DNA of 64,000 nt from Massalongia carnosa. Taxonomy: Eukaryota. Positions 49,117-62,400 of this stretch are shown in pieces (position 1 is the stretch's first letter; each line of letters opens with the position of its first letter). Below the pieces are notes generated by a model. That model was not told where the DNA came from. It saw nothing but the letters and a program-made list of their open reading frames with translations, and did no database searches. Made by a program: the position numbers and the translations under genes. The stretch lies in NCBI GenBank assembly GCA_965645245.1, contig OZ287086.1:558001-622000 (forward strand), given 5' to 3'.

Positions 49117-50716
49117 AGATACTTCGGGTTGATTTATTGCATAGCCTTGACGCTCTAAAACGCTAAAATCTCTGAAAATATCTGATGGACCGAACGGAAT
49201 TGCTTTCACCTGCAAAAAGTCATAAACGCCTTTAACTTTAGATTTAGTAGGTGTATCGTAATAAATTGTGCAACGAGTAGGAGGTATAATTATTGATAAA
49301 TAGCTGAAAAATCAGGAATAGAGATAGGTTTTGATGTGTTTTGGTGGGGTAATCTCGCTTGCACATTGCCTTTTTTTTACGACCGCGTGGGTGGCACGGA
49401 TAGTATCTTACTCTTTCTTTATTTCTGGCTCAATTTTGTGATAAGGTTTCATAGATTGCTCCTCTCGTAGACGTAATACAGAGCATAGATAAACAAACTT
49501 GCAATTGGATACGAGATTTAAGATATCATACGGAGATAAACAAACTTGCAAGTAGATACGAAATTTAAGATATCATCCGGATCGAAGTAGGAAATAATTG
49601 ATATCATAAGCTCGATAGGTATAGTCATTAAATTATTCTTCTATTTAATTATGTCAGCGTAATAGATAGTTTTCGGGGATTCAGTAATACTATTCCTAAG
49701 AGCACCTACTACGTTGATTGCTTCTGTTCGTTTCTCCGTGGGCACTGCTTTATTAAATCGATCTTGATTTTCGCTTTTGAGAGATTTACTCTCTTGTAAA
49801 AATACCATGCAACTGTGCAGTGGGCAAGTATTTCTGAGGAGAAGAATAATTAAAGATTCAACCGACAGTCATGAATATATTGACTTATGTATAGGTATAA
49901 TAGCATGATCACTATTAAATATAAATACGAAAAACTTCAGCCGGGGGAGCATTTCCGACCCTGAGCTTGGTAGGGCAGTGCAGAGACGTAGCATACGATA
50001 GCTTGAAATGGATGCGGCTGAGTCTAGGTAGCAGGCCTGTTGAACTTTTTAAAAATAATACTGGCAGCTCAAGCCGAGACTATTGCTGCTTAACTTACTC
50101 GTATTCATCCCCATTTGCAACACACCCCCATTTACAACACACCCCTATTTGCAAAACACTCCCATTTGCAACACACCCCTATTTGCAACACGCTAGTTAG
50201 TAAGCACCCAACCAAAATCCGAAAAACATTAACCTTTCAGCTTCGCATGCCACCAAAATTGCAGGTAATTGCAAGTCAACTGATGAAGTCGGTTCGGAAT
50301 AATCTGAACATTTATTGACATTAAATATAACCCAATGGCTGCATCAAAAGAACTGTAATTGAGCTTTATATGTACGTTTAAACCTCATCTTTTCACCTAC
50401 TCTCCTTTTCCGTCCTAATGACTTTCCCTTGATAAATCGATGTCTTCTAATCAACGAGGCCTTCTAGCTTGAGTTTCGAAAAAGCAGTACTGTCAAGAAG
50501 ATTTTGCTTATGTTGGATCGGAGGGAATTATTTAGGATGGGTCCTGAAGTCCCATCAATATTATTTGACAAATAAACTCAGGGCAAATGAACATGTGAAA
50601 AGACTATTTATACGTACAGAGACTTTTTATTTGCTAGAAGGAGGAGGATCATACGTACGAGGCGAGTTTCTAGTTCTTTAATAAAGTCTTTGCGATGGCT
50701 TTATTGTCCTACCACT

Positions 50717-50822
50717 TCGAAGGCAACCGAGTCCTCGGACACCAAAGAGCTTGCTAAGCTCGATGGTCGAAGGCAACCGAGTCCTCGGACACCAAAGAGC
50801 TTGCTAAGCTCGATGGTCGATG
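50717..50822 (+). repeat. Two copies of a 50-bp hairpin-rich tandem repeat (Copia leader)
   Basis: Unit CGAAGGCAACCGAGTCCTCGGACACCAAAGAGCTTGCTAAGCTCGATGGT. Confidence 0.9.
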
Positions 50823-51320
50823 GCAAAAAAGTATATTGCTGGGCCTGAGCGCCCCATTGGTACAAATATCATTAAAGCGTCAGTTTCAACCGCGATTGAA
50901 TTCTGGACACGCAAAAATACAAAATCCGTCGGAAATCAAAGAGCTTAGTAAACTCATTGATCGAAGGCACAAAGACCTTTCTTTTTGGCAATTATGCCTC
51001 ATTAAGGCACTAGGTGAGATTGTGCGGCAGTTGCCTCTTATTATTTAATCGGCCCAAGGCCGGTTAAATCAAATTGGAAGAACCCTGCGCTCAATTTCAT
51101 TTTGGTCAATTGGACCCTTGAAAAAGCCTAAGTTGAAATTCTCATCATGGCAAACAAGCATGTTAAGCAAACAGGTTTCTCTGTTGAGACATCAGAGTGG
51201 ACACTGGCTAAGGAGGGACAGTCTTTTCCTTGTCTATAAGAAAGGTCACAGATCCACATTCTTTCAGTCACTACTTATACAAGTTTCTCGCCTTGTTCAA
51301 TTGCTCCCTATTCTCCCATT

Positions 51321-52238
51321 ATGTCTATCATAGATACGTCACATCTTTTGGAGAAGGCCGAAAGATATTCGGCATGGGCAAGCTATACGAAGGGCATTCT
51401 GCTCAAGAATAACTGCGAAGGAGCCATTCTAGAGAATCAATCAGAAATCACCGCTGAAACCATCATGGAAGGTTTAATACAAGTAGGCTTCGACGCCAAA
51501 GGTCTTTCTGTCAGCATCTTGGTAAAAGAGCTGCGTGACGAGAAGAATAGACAGAAGGCCGAGGTGACCAAGGCTATAGGAATCATTCACGGATTAGTTG
51601 CGGAGTGCCATTACAGCCTCATCGACAACAAGAATGCGGCAGAAATGTGGAAAATCCTGAAGGATAGATTCCAAGATATAGCACCAATGAGCATCAGCGA
51701 CATCATTCTGAAGGTTAGTTCTAAGAAGATGACTGACTTCGAGACCACCAGCATATACTGTGCAGAGTACGAGAGCGCTTTAAACAAAATTAAAGGAATG
51801 CTGGACGACAAGGCCAAAGTGGATGTGCATACCGTGGAGTTCATGCTTCAGGGAATGATGCTGGGTAACACCACAGACGTCTATTCCCCATTGATAGCCC
51901 AACTTCGACGAGATTGGACACACGAAACCACAAACCTGTCGGAAGCAATGAAGACCATTGTTGCTTATTCTGTCAACATGAAAAACACCAAGGCACTTCA
52001 TATCAGCACACCTGACTCGAGAGGTCGAGCTACATTTGGGACCTGCACCTTCTCTGAATGTGTCGAGAGAAAGAACACTCGTCATTGGCCAGATAACTGT
52101 TGGCAGAAGTTTCCACGGCTAAAAAGACATAGAAGTTCGCTCGAATCCGGAAGAGCAAAGAAACAAAAGACTACCTCGTCAGAAACGAAGGCGGACTTAC
52201 CTCATACATCACCCAACATTCCAACGGTGAGTAGTTGA
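51321..52238 (+). CDS. Copia Gag
   Basis: 305-aa ORF with UBN2-like AAEMWKILKDRF and a CTFSEC...HWPDNC knuckle, directly upstream of the protease. Confidence 0.8.
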   Translation: MSIIDTSHLLEKAERYSAWASYTKGILLKNNCEGAILENQSEITAETIMEGLIQVGFDAKGLSVSILVKELRDEKNRQKAEVTKAIGIIHGLVAECHYSLIDNKNAAEMWKILKDRFQDIAPMSISDIILKVSSKKMTDFETTSIYCAEYESALNKIKGMLDDKAKVDVHTVEFMLQGMMLGNTTDVYSPLIAQLRRDWTHETTNLSEAMKTIVAYSVNMKNTKALHISTPDSRGRATFGTCTFSECVERKNTRHWPDNCWQKFPRLKRHRSSLESGRAKKQKTTSSETKADLPHTSPNIPTVSS

Positions 52239-55200
52239 CTCACACAGGTCATGGCCACAAGACCGCAAAAAGTCATGACCAGGACGAATCTGAACAAGAA
52301 CTCGTGGTTATTGGACAGCGCTGCAGATATGCACGTATGCAACCACAGATAACAGATACTCGTTCACTGACTATACGAGCTACTCCACTGCTCTAGCAGG
52401 GTCAACGTCCACAGGAACGTCGCCAGGAAGAGGAACCATTCATAAGACATTGATCATGGAGGACGGCTTACCCTCGTCGATACTGATTCTTAACAATGTT
52501 CTCTACATTCCTCAATGTCCGGTGAACCTTGTGAGTTTGGGAATGCTGAATCAACACGATATCTTCTATGACAATTCAAACTGGAGACTGTTCATGGGAT
52601 CCACTGCAAAAGTCATAGGGCACGTACCGAGAGTTGACAACAACTTCATGCTACAGACCGTTGACACCCCAAATATGAGGATGCATTTGAGCAAAGTGGA
52701 CGAGGACACCTATCAAGGACTGGAGGTCACTATCTGTCAAATATCTGTCAAATCAAAACTCACTACATGGCATGCAAGGCTTGGTCATCTCAACATTCCG
52801 ACGTGTCGAAAATATTTGAAAACGCTAGACATAACGTACGATGATGATATCAACCAAGGTTGGTTTTGCCATGCATGCGAAATGGGAAAAGCCAAAAAGA
52901 TATACAACCGAACACAGCAAGAGAGGGCCACAGAGCTCTTTCAAAAGATAAACTCTGACCTAGTGGGACCAATCAAGCCAGCAAGACTTCTTGAAGAACT
53001 TTACTTCTTCACTTTCACCTGTGATGCTAGCAGATACACTCATGTCTATACCGGACACAAGAAGAGTGAATGGTTTGATCACTTGTTGACGTACTACAGC
53101 ATGGCCCAAAACAAATCTGGAAAGGTTAAACCCATAAGTAGTTTTCGCACTGACTTCGGTACGGAGCTTCGCAGTCACAAGTCAGACGTTTGGTTCCTGG
53201 AACAAGGCATAACGTTTGAACCAGCTGCTCCATACTCTCAAGAAGAAAACGGAGTCGCGGAACGAATGGGCAGAACCATCATGGACATGACAAGATGCAG
53301 TGTCATTGCCGGAGACATTCCCGATTACTTGTGGGCAGAAGTAGTTCTAGCCATGGTTCACACCAAGAACGTCAGACCAACCAACGCCTTGGCAGGTAAA
53401 ACCCCGTATGAGATCTTCGAGAAGAAGTCACCTAAGCTGGATCACCTGAGAATTCTCGGATCCACAGTCTATGCGTTGATTCACGAAGAAGAGCGAAAAG
53501 GACTAAACAGCAAGGCTGCTAAATTTTCTCCGAGGGCTCAGAAAGGAATCCTGTGTGGATATGACGGAAGCACCATCTATCGCGTCTTTATGGAAAAAGA
53601 CTACAAGGTCATCAGGGTCAAGGACTTACGGATTCATGAAGACGCCACATTCAAAGATGGGACCGATCTACCCACGTACGATTCCATAATGATTCAAAAC
53701 GAGAAAGATACCACACTCGAAATCAGTCCCACTCCTTCAAAAGACCAACCAGAGTTGAATTCCAAGATAAGTGAAATCCCCAAACGTGGACGAGGTAGAC
53801 CCAGAAAACACGCCCATGTCGCACAAGTGCTGAGTCTACTGTCAAATGAGGCATTAAGTGAACCAGAACACATCCCCACACTGGCAGATAGAGACGAAGA
53901 AGACCCACGCATACTTCTGTCCAAAGAACTGGAAATAGAGGGAGCAGCATACCTGAACGACTACGATGCGTTCATTCAGTCAGACACAGCTGAGCCACAA
54001 ACATATCATCAAGCAATGAACTCCAAATACGCAAACGAATGGAGTCTGGCAATGGATGAGGAGATCAAAAGTCTGCTGGAGAACAACACCTGGGATACAT
54101 TATCCACCGAGTCCATGGAACCCGGACATATAGTCTTGAGTGGCAAATGGGTATTCAAGCTGAAACGGGACGTAAATGGAAAGATCGTTCGCTTTAAAGC
54201 CAGATGGGTTGTCAAAGGATATCTACAACAATACGGAGTAGATTTCGATCAAACCTTTGCATCTGTGGTCAAACCAATGGCTTTTCGCTTGCTATTCGCG
54301 CTAGCTGCCCATCATGATCTGGACATCGAGCAACTGGATATAGTGACAGCTTTTCTGAACGGTCTCATCAATCAACTCATCTATGTCAACATGCCGAAAG
54401 GATATGACACAGCTGGCATGGTGTGCAGGCTGAATAAAGCCCTGTACGGTTTGAAAAAGTCTCCGCGTCTCTGGTATGAACGACTATCAGCTTTTCTATT
54501 GAGCAAATTAGGACTGGAGAAACTCCACGCAGATCATAGTATCTTCGTCACATCTCAAGGGATAAAAGGACCCATTGTTACCTCTTTCGTTGACGATTTG
54601 AACATCATAGGCCCAAGGGCTCCCCGATGATCACCGAAGTCAAGAAACAGCTCAAGCTAGCTTTCAAGATGGTAGACATGGGACCAATCAGCTACTATTT
54701 AGGCCTCAAAGTCGAACGAGATCGAGTCAACAAAACCATAAAGCTATCTCAACCAGCCTATATCGAGAAGGTATTTGAAAGATTCCATATGCAAACCGCA
54801 AAGACAACAAACACTCCCATGCGAGAAGGCTGTCTCTTCATCAATGAATCTCAGGCCTCCGACAAGGACATAAAGCAATATCAAACCATGGTTGGATCCA
54901 TCATGTTCGCAATGATAGAAACCAGGCCAGACATAGCTTTCGCAACGTCCGTAGTCAGTCGCCATGCAAAGAATCCAGGCAAAACACATATGGAAGCGGC
55001 CAAACACATTCTCAGATAACTTAGCGGTACCAAAAATAGAGGCATCACCTTCGGTGGGGGAGATTTATGTATACAAGGATATTCTGACTCTGACTGGGCC
55101 GGAGACAAAGAGCAGCGAAAATCCACCTCGGGTTATGTGTTCATGCTGAACAATGGACCAATAAGCTGGTGTTCCAAAAGACAAACGACCGTCGCATTGT

Positions 55201-55580
55201 CATCAACCGAAGCAGAGTATATGGCACTCACCTTAGCAGCAAAGGAGGCTACATGGCTACGTTTACTGATGACTGAACTCGGATTGATGACTTCTGATGA
55301 CGGATCCCCGACAATAAACGAATTAAGAGGAGAAGGCACAATTGCATTGAAAGGCGACAACCAAAGCGCCATAGCACTGGCCAATAATCCCGTATTACAC
55401 TCCAGGACCAAGCATATCGACATTCAGCACCACTTCATACGAAACGAGGTGCTAGAAGGAAGAATCGACCTCACCTATGTTCCGACCGAAGACATGTTTG
55501 CAGATGGACTGACAAAACCCCTTACGCACGTCAAGTTCTTCTCCTTTATCAGACAGCTCAACATGGACAAACAGACATGA
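52239..55580 (+). pseudogene. Copia pol with frameshifts and stops
   Basis: Motifs LLDSAAD, WHARLGH, ENGVAER, FVDDL and STEAEY. Disruptions near 52350, 54625 and 55019. Confidence 0.9.
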
Positions 55581-55727
55581 GAGGTTAAGAAGTTCAATCA
55601 CGGTTGAATCTACGATGGAAACAAGTACTGGTAGGACTTGAGGGGGGGTGTTTAATATCCAATTCCTACCAGCACAATGAACACCTATCAATTCAATGAA
55701 CATAGCACCTACGTCTGCCCTAGATTG

Positions 55728-56223
55728 TATAAGAGGGACAGTAGACACTAGTCCTTATGGGTTATAATGCTCAGTGTGACTGCTAATAGATTGGTATGTG
55801 CTAAAGCTAAAAGCTGATTCCCTGAAGATGGGAATCGAGCTTTCTATATACCCGTTGGGGTCCTATTTACTAACTACTTGTCTGGTTACCTGTCTGCCTT
55901 GTTGCCTTCAGCTGAGGTCTAGTAGATAACCTTGCTGCCTTCAGCTGAGGTCTAGCAGATAACCTTGTTGCCTTCAGCTGAGGTCTAGCAGATAGCCTTG
56001 TTGCCTTCAGCTGAGGTCTCCTAGGCGTCCCAGGCCTCCCATGAGATCGAGGCTTATTTGAATAGCTTCAGTTGCTGCCTAACAAACTGGTAAGGCTGAT
56101 TACTGATGGCTTAGTATTGCTATCCGCCTTATCATGACTAAGCATCCGGATTATCAGTCACCCAGTCTTCTTGGGTGAGTCATCCCAGGAGCTAGCGCAG
56201 TCCTGTATTGCCGCGCTATTACA
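55728..56223. mobile_element. Solo LTR (496 bp) inserted in the Copia 3' LTR, with internal 33-bp tandem repeats
   Basis: GATTG TSD and a ...ATTACA end. About four CCTTGTTGCCTTCAGCTGAGGTCT units. Confidence 0.8.
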
Positions 56224-57770
56224 GATTGACAGATGATCTACGGAAATCGAAGATGCCGCATTAGGCTTAGTCCCAAGATAAGATAAGATCACCTCGCTTA
56301 GAAGGGTGACCAGTAATAGGAATAGATTGCTGCATAGCAACTCTTCATCCTTAGCATCACGGTCATACATACATTTATTATTACATAGCCATATAGCTAT
56401 AGTCATATACCTATTTCAACAGCTCTATTGCAGGAGCGATTATTTCCGGAGGAGGAATCTGCTCTCGGAGACTAGACAAGACAAATGGAGGCATGGGGCT
56501 GGCCTGCTCGTGTAACAAAACTTCGATTTATGGCGTTAGAAATGCTTATAAAGCGAGACGATCGCAATGATTTAGGTATCAATTGGGTATATAATTTTTA
56601 TCCAGTTATAAAGAGTTGGATACTGTGTTATGTCAGGTATTGGACAAGGAAAGAGCTTTAATGCATATGCGGAAATACTCAATCAATAGTTTTAGCTGTA
56701 CGCAAAAATTTTAATTAATATAAATTCATTGAGGAGGACTGCTACAATATGGATGAAAAACGCTTTGCTATAGGACTAGTGGACAAGCTCAGGGTAATTT
56801 GCTCTAAGCTTGATCTACCAGCATTATTGACTCAATACGGTAATAATAAATAGGTTTCTCTGATCGAATGAATATCTACTGATAGAGCGGTTCTTAAACT
56901 ATGGGTTACTTTTAAATGTAAACAACAGCAAAAGTTCTGGCGTTTATTTATCAAAGAAGGTAGTCATATTACTATTAGTGAGAATAGATAGACAAACAAT
57001 GATATCGGTCTTGATTGGTAAAAGCAGTTATTTTGAGCCGGATACACGAAGCCTTTTAAAAGGTCGCTATCGTCTTCTTATTCCCGATAGACATCCTTCT
57101 TATATTACTTCAGAAGCGATTCAGTTTTGTTAGGAAAAAGACATCCTACTTTTATGTCTTCCTTCTTATTCAACGGCCATGCTTCAGCCTTTAGACGTTA
57201 GTATTTTTCATCTATTGTCTACGGCCTATCGGGTGGAACTAGAGAAGTATACTAGACTAATAGTTGGTTATTCAATTTATATATCAGATTTTCTGCTTCT
57301 TTATCAAAAGGCTCGAAATAGAGCTTTATGCACTCAAACTATTCTGCTTGCCTGGTCCAAAAGTGGGTTGTTTCCATTCAATCCCACTATAGTTCTTCAA
57401 AAACTTCCTAATCTACCTTATCCTTCTACGCCTCGGAAAATAACAGTTACGAGTTCAAATGATTTCTCTGTTTCAGTAGCATCTACTCCAGCAAATACTA
57501 ATTAAGTCAATAATTTAATAGAGCAATTGACTAACAATGACTCAAATCAATTGATTCTCGACAAGCTTGGAAAGGGCTGCAAATGCGCGTTGGCAAGCAG
57601 TCATCTTCTCAGGATTACAAACGCAGAACTTCTTGTAGCTGCTCGTCGTAAACACGAGAGAGCAAATCGAGCGAAGGGACATTATAGTACTACGAGAATC
57701 ATGAATTCGGAGGTTCTCGAGAAACGAGAGCAAAGATTAGCTAGCAAAGAAAACGAAAAAATAGATAAAA

Positions 57771-58060
57771 TGTCAGGTCACGCACGTCCTGATATAAGCG
57801 AATCGGTAGTTATAACCGATCTCCGATCTCCGACTAGAACACGGCTCGTGTTCGTATTCTTCTTTTTATTGTACCAATCATAATCACTGTAATTAAATCA
57901 ACGGACTCGCGAACCGAAGAAGTGGGGCTATAGGATAAAGACCTGATCGCCTACTTCTTTCGAGGGCTCACTGATCAATTTTTATTTATTTACCACTCTC
58001 TATTCGTACATTTATCACGAATCTATATAGTAGTCACGCTTTTAGACTTGACCCCTTACA
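57771..58060 (+). mobile_element. Solo LTR (290 bp) in the pogo transposase
   Basis: TGTCAGG...CCTTACA ends and imperfect TSD TAAAA/TAAAC. Confidence 0.75.
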
Positions 58061-58314
58061 TAAACAAATAACTAAAGAGTTCAATCTTTTGGTGAAAACT
58101 TTTAACAAACTCACTACTGATTTATTCAAGGAGTCAAAACAATGCAGTCCTATCAAGAAAGTCTTTCAAAGGCCTCCAATGCTTACTCCGCCTTCGAATT
58201 CAATAATACTTCTCTCATCTAGTCCTATCAAGAAGCGATCGAGGCAAATTCATTGCCAAAAAAGACTTTCTTGATTGAGCCGGAGGCGAATAGAATAAAA
58301 TTAATTCTCCTCAG

Positions 58315-58981
58315 TCGACCATCGAGCTTAACAAGCTCTTTGGTGTCCGAGGACTCGGTTGCCTTCGACCATCGAGCTTAGCAAGCTCTTTGGTGTCCGA
58401 GGACTCGGTTGCCTTCGACCATCGAGCTTAGCAAGCTCTTTAGTGTCCGAGGGCTTCGGTGTAGTACGATCAATGTGTTCATGCTCTTTCTAACACGCAA
58501 TTTTTGTTCTTTTGACAAGAAATCACTGTGTACAGAAGAGAGAACTGATTAATGTGATTTGAGGGATCGTTTCTAAAGACACAGAAAGATTTTAGTCATG
58601 TGTCTACGATTCATTGAATAGGAATGATGCTTAGCTGATTGCACTGCGATTCTGCGGATTAGAAGCTTCGATTCGTTTTAAATCGATAGCACCCTTCCGG
58701 GCTCATAACCTGTTAAAATAGGTATATGACTATGGCTATATGGCTATGTAATAATAAAGGTATGTATGACCGTGATTTTAAGGATGAAGAGTTGCTATGC
58801 AGCAATCTTTTCCAATTACTGGTCACCCTTCTAAGCGTGGTGATCTTATCTTATCTTGGGACTAAGCCTAATGCGGCATCTTCGGTTTCCGTAGATCATC
58901 TGTCAATCTAGGGCAGCCGTAGGTGCTATGTTCATTGAATTGATAGGTGTTCATTGTGCTGGTAGGAATTGATATTCAACA
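58315..58981 (-). mobile_element. Displaced 5' end of the 50717-56421 Copia: 5' LTR 58711-58981, PBS and ~3 copies of the 50-bp repeat
   Basis: The LTR matches the 3' LTR. PBS GGTTATGAGCCCGG. The flank AGAGC is the reverse complement of the GCTCT TSD. Confidence 0.9.
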
Positions 58982-60189
58982 AGAGCAGCATCTTTATGAG
59001 TTTTCGTTTCCGCAAGTCGTCTAGTAAGGATAGAATAAATGATACCATGATAATTGGCGATTTTTTGAACGGAAGCTTGACTTCGAAAGCTTTGGGACCG
59101 GCTTCCTAGTCAGTAAATGACTCTCTATAAGCAGCAATAGCAAGTAAAATGCGCTCCTCTTGGGCAGTTCGTCTGAGTTCATAATAAATTAATTGAGTTG
59201 ACAATGCATATAGAAGAGGGAGAAAAGTAAAATATTTGATATACCGGAGTAAGTGGATTTTAGAGCGGGTGCTTACAATATAGCGTGTTGCAAATAGGAG
59301 TATATTGCAAATAGGGGTAAATATGAGTAACCTCTTGATGAGATGAATTTATGATAAAAATGAGCTCTATGATGAATTTAAATTTACGTCAGAAGAATAT
59401 ATCTTAATAGAGAAATAGATGATTAATTTATTGATAGATTTATGATGAATCCTCTAAGCCTAAATTTACATGAAGAGAATTTTGTATGAGCTTGTCTCGC
59501 TTATTATATAATCTCTGCTGTTAGTCCGACACCTCTACAACTGTTATGCAACAATCAACTTTGATGATGATGATTCATTCTGACCGTATAATGATATCCT
59601 TTCCATGCAATATTCAGAGTAGAACAGCAACTAGAATAGAATCAGAACAGAATTAGTATAGAATAGGATTGACATTACCCTATCGGAATTGACGGCCTAA
59701 ATATCAAGACAAACTTTTACTTTATAGGGGCTGTATTTTGCCTGAGTGGGTTTGTTTATTTAAGGTTTTTAAACCTAATGTGGCCTCAGACTGACTAGAT
59801 GGGATTGCCTACGATTTAAAACTTCCTGGATTATAAATTTGTCAAAGATGTTCAGCCGCTTATCGAAGGCATTAGGAGCTTTAATCGCATCATTTCTAGT
59901 TGCTTTGCAACTGTAATACAATCATCGATTTCCTCTTATAACAACAATTGACATAAAGAGTCTTTTTACAACTACGCCGCGCAATGGGTTGGGTTAAACC
60001 CGTGGCGTTTAGGTCGGGTTTCCGGGTTGAACCGTTCAACCGGGTCAGTAATTTCTGCAAATTAAATATGAAAAATTCGACAAAAATATGACGTTTAAAG
60101 TTATAAAATTTTGCTTACTAATCATCATTTCTTGAGGACCAATTTCCAGAATTTCCAAAATTTTCCAATGTATTTAAAACGTCTAAATA

Positions 60190-60786
60190 TGTAATAGGGA
60201 TAGCGCTAGAGGGATACGTGATCGCAGAGGGCGATTGTGGGATTAACTATCATGAGCTAAGCCGTAGTACTTAGTAGAATAGCCGTCGAGGCTCACACAA
60301 CGCCACCTTGCCACAAAACTCTGAATTAGTTGTTACTATGTTATAGACTGCTTAGAGGCTGCGGTGGTAAATAGCCATAGGGTGTAAGGCGAACTCTTGT
60401 GGAGACTAGTCGTGAACTCTATATGAAATCTACTGGCCTACTCGGAGCTACTCGATCTCTTGATAGATCAAGAGTCGTAGCAAGAGGCACGGCTAGCTGG
60501 ACGCAGCTTAAAGTCGGCCTTCCCGGTGTAAACTACAGCTTCAAACTTTATTACTACGCTGATAGTAATGTCGGCTGAATAAACTTACATAACCTTACCT
60601 TGTATCTAGAGGCAGGTCCGCAGTGTAAATAGAGATTCAGTCGGAGGAAACCTTCTATCGCTACGTTGTTAGTGGTGACAACGAAATAAAGCTACACATC
60701 CTCGGCGTCTATACTTTATGTTTAGAGGCAGGCTAGCAATGTAATTAGGGATCTAGCCGGAGGTAGAACTGTTCTACTTTGCAAGG
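60190..60786. mobile_element. Truncated 1-kb-family LTR, inverted relative to its neighbour
   Basis: Similar to the copy starting at 63054. Cut at 60786 by another copy. Confidence 0.82.
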
Positions 60787-61815
60787 TGTAATAGGCTACG
60801 AGACAAGTAAGCAAATCACGAGCGACACTTATCTCGAAAGAGGAAATGCTCAGCGTGGGAGTTGGAAAACAGCTACTACGTGCTAGTCTCCAAGAGTATA
60901 CGTGATCAATAGAAATAATAGATGTCGAAGTGCTTAGACCAAGAGATCTCTTCCGAGATCCAAATGTAGGTTGTTCATAGAATAAAGACTAATTGCTAAC
61001 GAATACTACAGGATTCGTTCTGGTATTTATCCTATTCATCTCATGCCTATAGCCTCGGGAGTATTGGAACCTTAGGAGCCTTGCAACCCACATCTGACCT
61101 TATCGCCTTACATCCAACTATCCCTCAGGATCCATCTACGAACTCGGCTTTCGCTGGATTATCTAGTCAGCCTCGAGCAGCATTCTAGATCTTCCCTTGT
61201 AAGGAAGAACACTTCTACCTCCGGCTAGATCCCTCGCTACATTGCTAGCCTGCCTCTAAACATAAAGTCTAAACGCCGAGGCTATGTATTTTCATTTCGC
61301 CGTCACCACTAACAACGTAGCGATGGAAGGTTACCTCGGACTAAATTGCTATCTACTCTGCGGTCCTGCCTCTAGACACAAGGTCTAGACCACAAGGTCA
61401 TGTAGGTTCATTAAGCCGACATCACTACCAGCGTAGCAATAAAGGTTGAAGCTGAAGTTTACACCGGGGAGGCCGAGCTCAAGCTGCGTCCAGCTAGCCG
61501 TGCCTCCTGCTACAACTCTTGATTCATCAAGAGATCGAGTAGCTCCGAGTTGGCCAGTAGATTCCATATAGAGTTCACGGCTAGTCTCCACAGGAGTTCT
61601 CCTTACTCCATGGCAATCTACCACCACGACCTCGACAGATTTTCGATCTGGAAGCAGTCTAGATCGTAGTAACAACTAATTCGGAGTTGTATGGCAAGGA
61701 GGCGTCGTGTCAGCTTCGACGGCTATAGGACTAAGTACTACGGCCTGGCTCATGCTAGTTAATCCCGCAACCGCCGTAGGCGATCACGTATCTCTCTAGC
61801 GCCATCCATATTACA
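60787..61815. mobile_element. 1,029-bp LTR copy; no TSD
   Basis: Colinear with 39706-40734. Flanks CAAGG and ATGAG differ. Confidence 0.88.
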
Positions 61816-62400
61816 ATGAGTTTTACGTTTAAACCTTTCAAACCAACAATTAGAGAGTTTGAACCCGCTAAATTCAGTTATCTTTTCTGTGACTTTGATT
61901 ACTCTATAAGAATTCATTTCGCCGTACAACTTGCGTCCTTGACGAATAAACCAACGTTTGTTGATTTCACGTGCAGCTAATTGAGCTTCTTTAAACAATT
62001 CCAAAAGACCCTTTTCCATCTCTGGTTCTGGATAGGGACCTCCTCTACTTTCCTCTCGTCTACCTTTAGAAAGTTTTTCAATAGGAGTCATCGTTTTAAT
62101 CCACTGTCTTAACATGGCAGTCGTAATTCCCAAATTCGCCGTTGCAGCATAATTACTGAGGAGTTTTAAACCTCTATTCTTTTATTGCTTCCAGGTAGTC
62201 TCTGCATAACAAATAGCAGCTAATTTCTACTCTCTGATAATGGAAATACCTCGTCGCATCTCATCCTCGTCACCAGGAGCATTATCGATTAAATTGTGAT
62301 CTTCCTCCTCGCGATGAAGACGAAACTTTTCTAGAAGATTGAGTCTCCTGATTGCCAGTAAATGAGTTCGGTACGGTAGGCATGGATGGCTAAACAAAAA
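61816..62400 (-). pseudogene. N-terminal remnant of a pogo/Tigger-like transposase (CENP-B-type HTH)
   Basis: YPEPEMEKGLLELF...FKLSNCWFERFKR resembles the CENP-B/Tc5 HTH. Confidence 0.65.

Larger units (their letters stand above)
47030..49400 (-). pseudogene. Truncated Tc1-like transposon with a nested LTR and LINE
   Basis: Motifs YDTPTKSKVKG, DWHRVRFSDEVHF and FVLEE. Terminus GTGGGTGGCACGGA-TA. Confidence 0.75.
50717..56421 (+). mobile_element. Body and 3' LTR (55649-56421) of a Ty1/Copia
   Basis: gag 51321-52238, pol 52239-55580, PPT GAGGGGGGG, and LTR ending CAACA followed by GCTCT. Confidence 0.93.
50098..59327 (-). mobile_element. pogo/Fot1 transposon hosting a Copia, internally inverted
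   Basis: Inverted termini with CCCCTATTTGCAACAC repeats, flanked by TA. N-terminus (EERILLAI) at ~59182-58987 on minus, DDE_1 part (MLQPLDVS) at 56427-58314 on plus, and C-terminus (RSGRTIKPSQR) below 50720 on minus. Confidence 0.85.

Noticed and set aside
50717..58460. 50-bp palindromic repeats as a CRISPR array
   Set aside because: The units are contiguous with no unique spacers, there are no cas genes, and they sit in a Copia leader.
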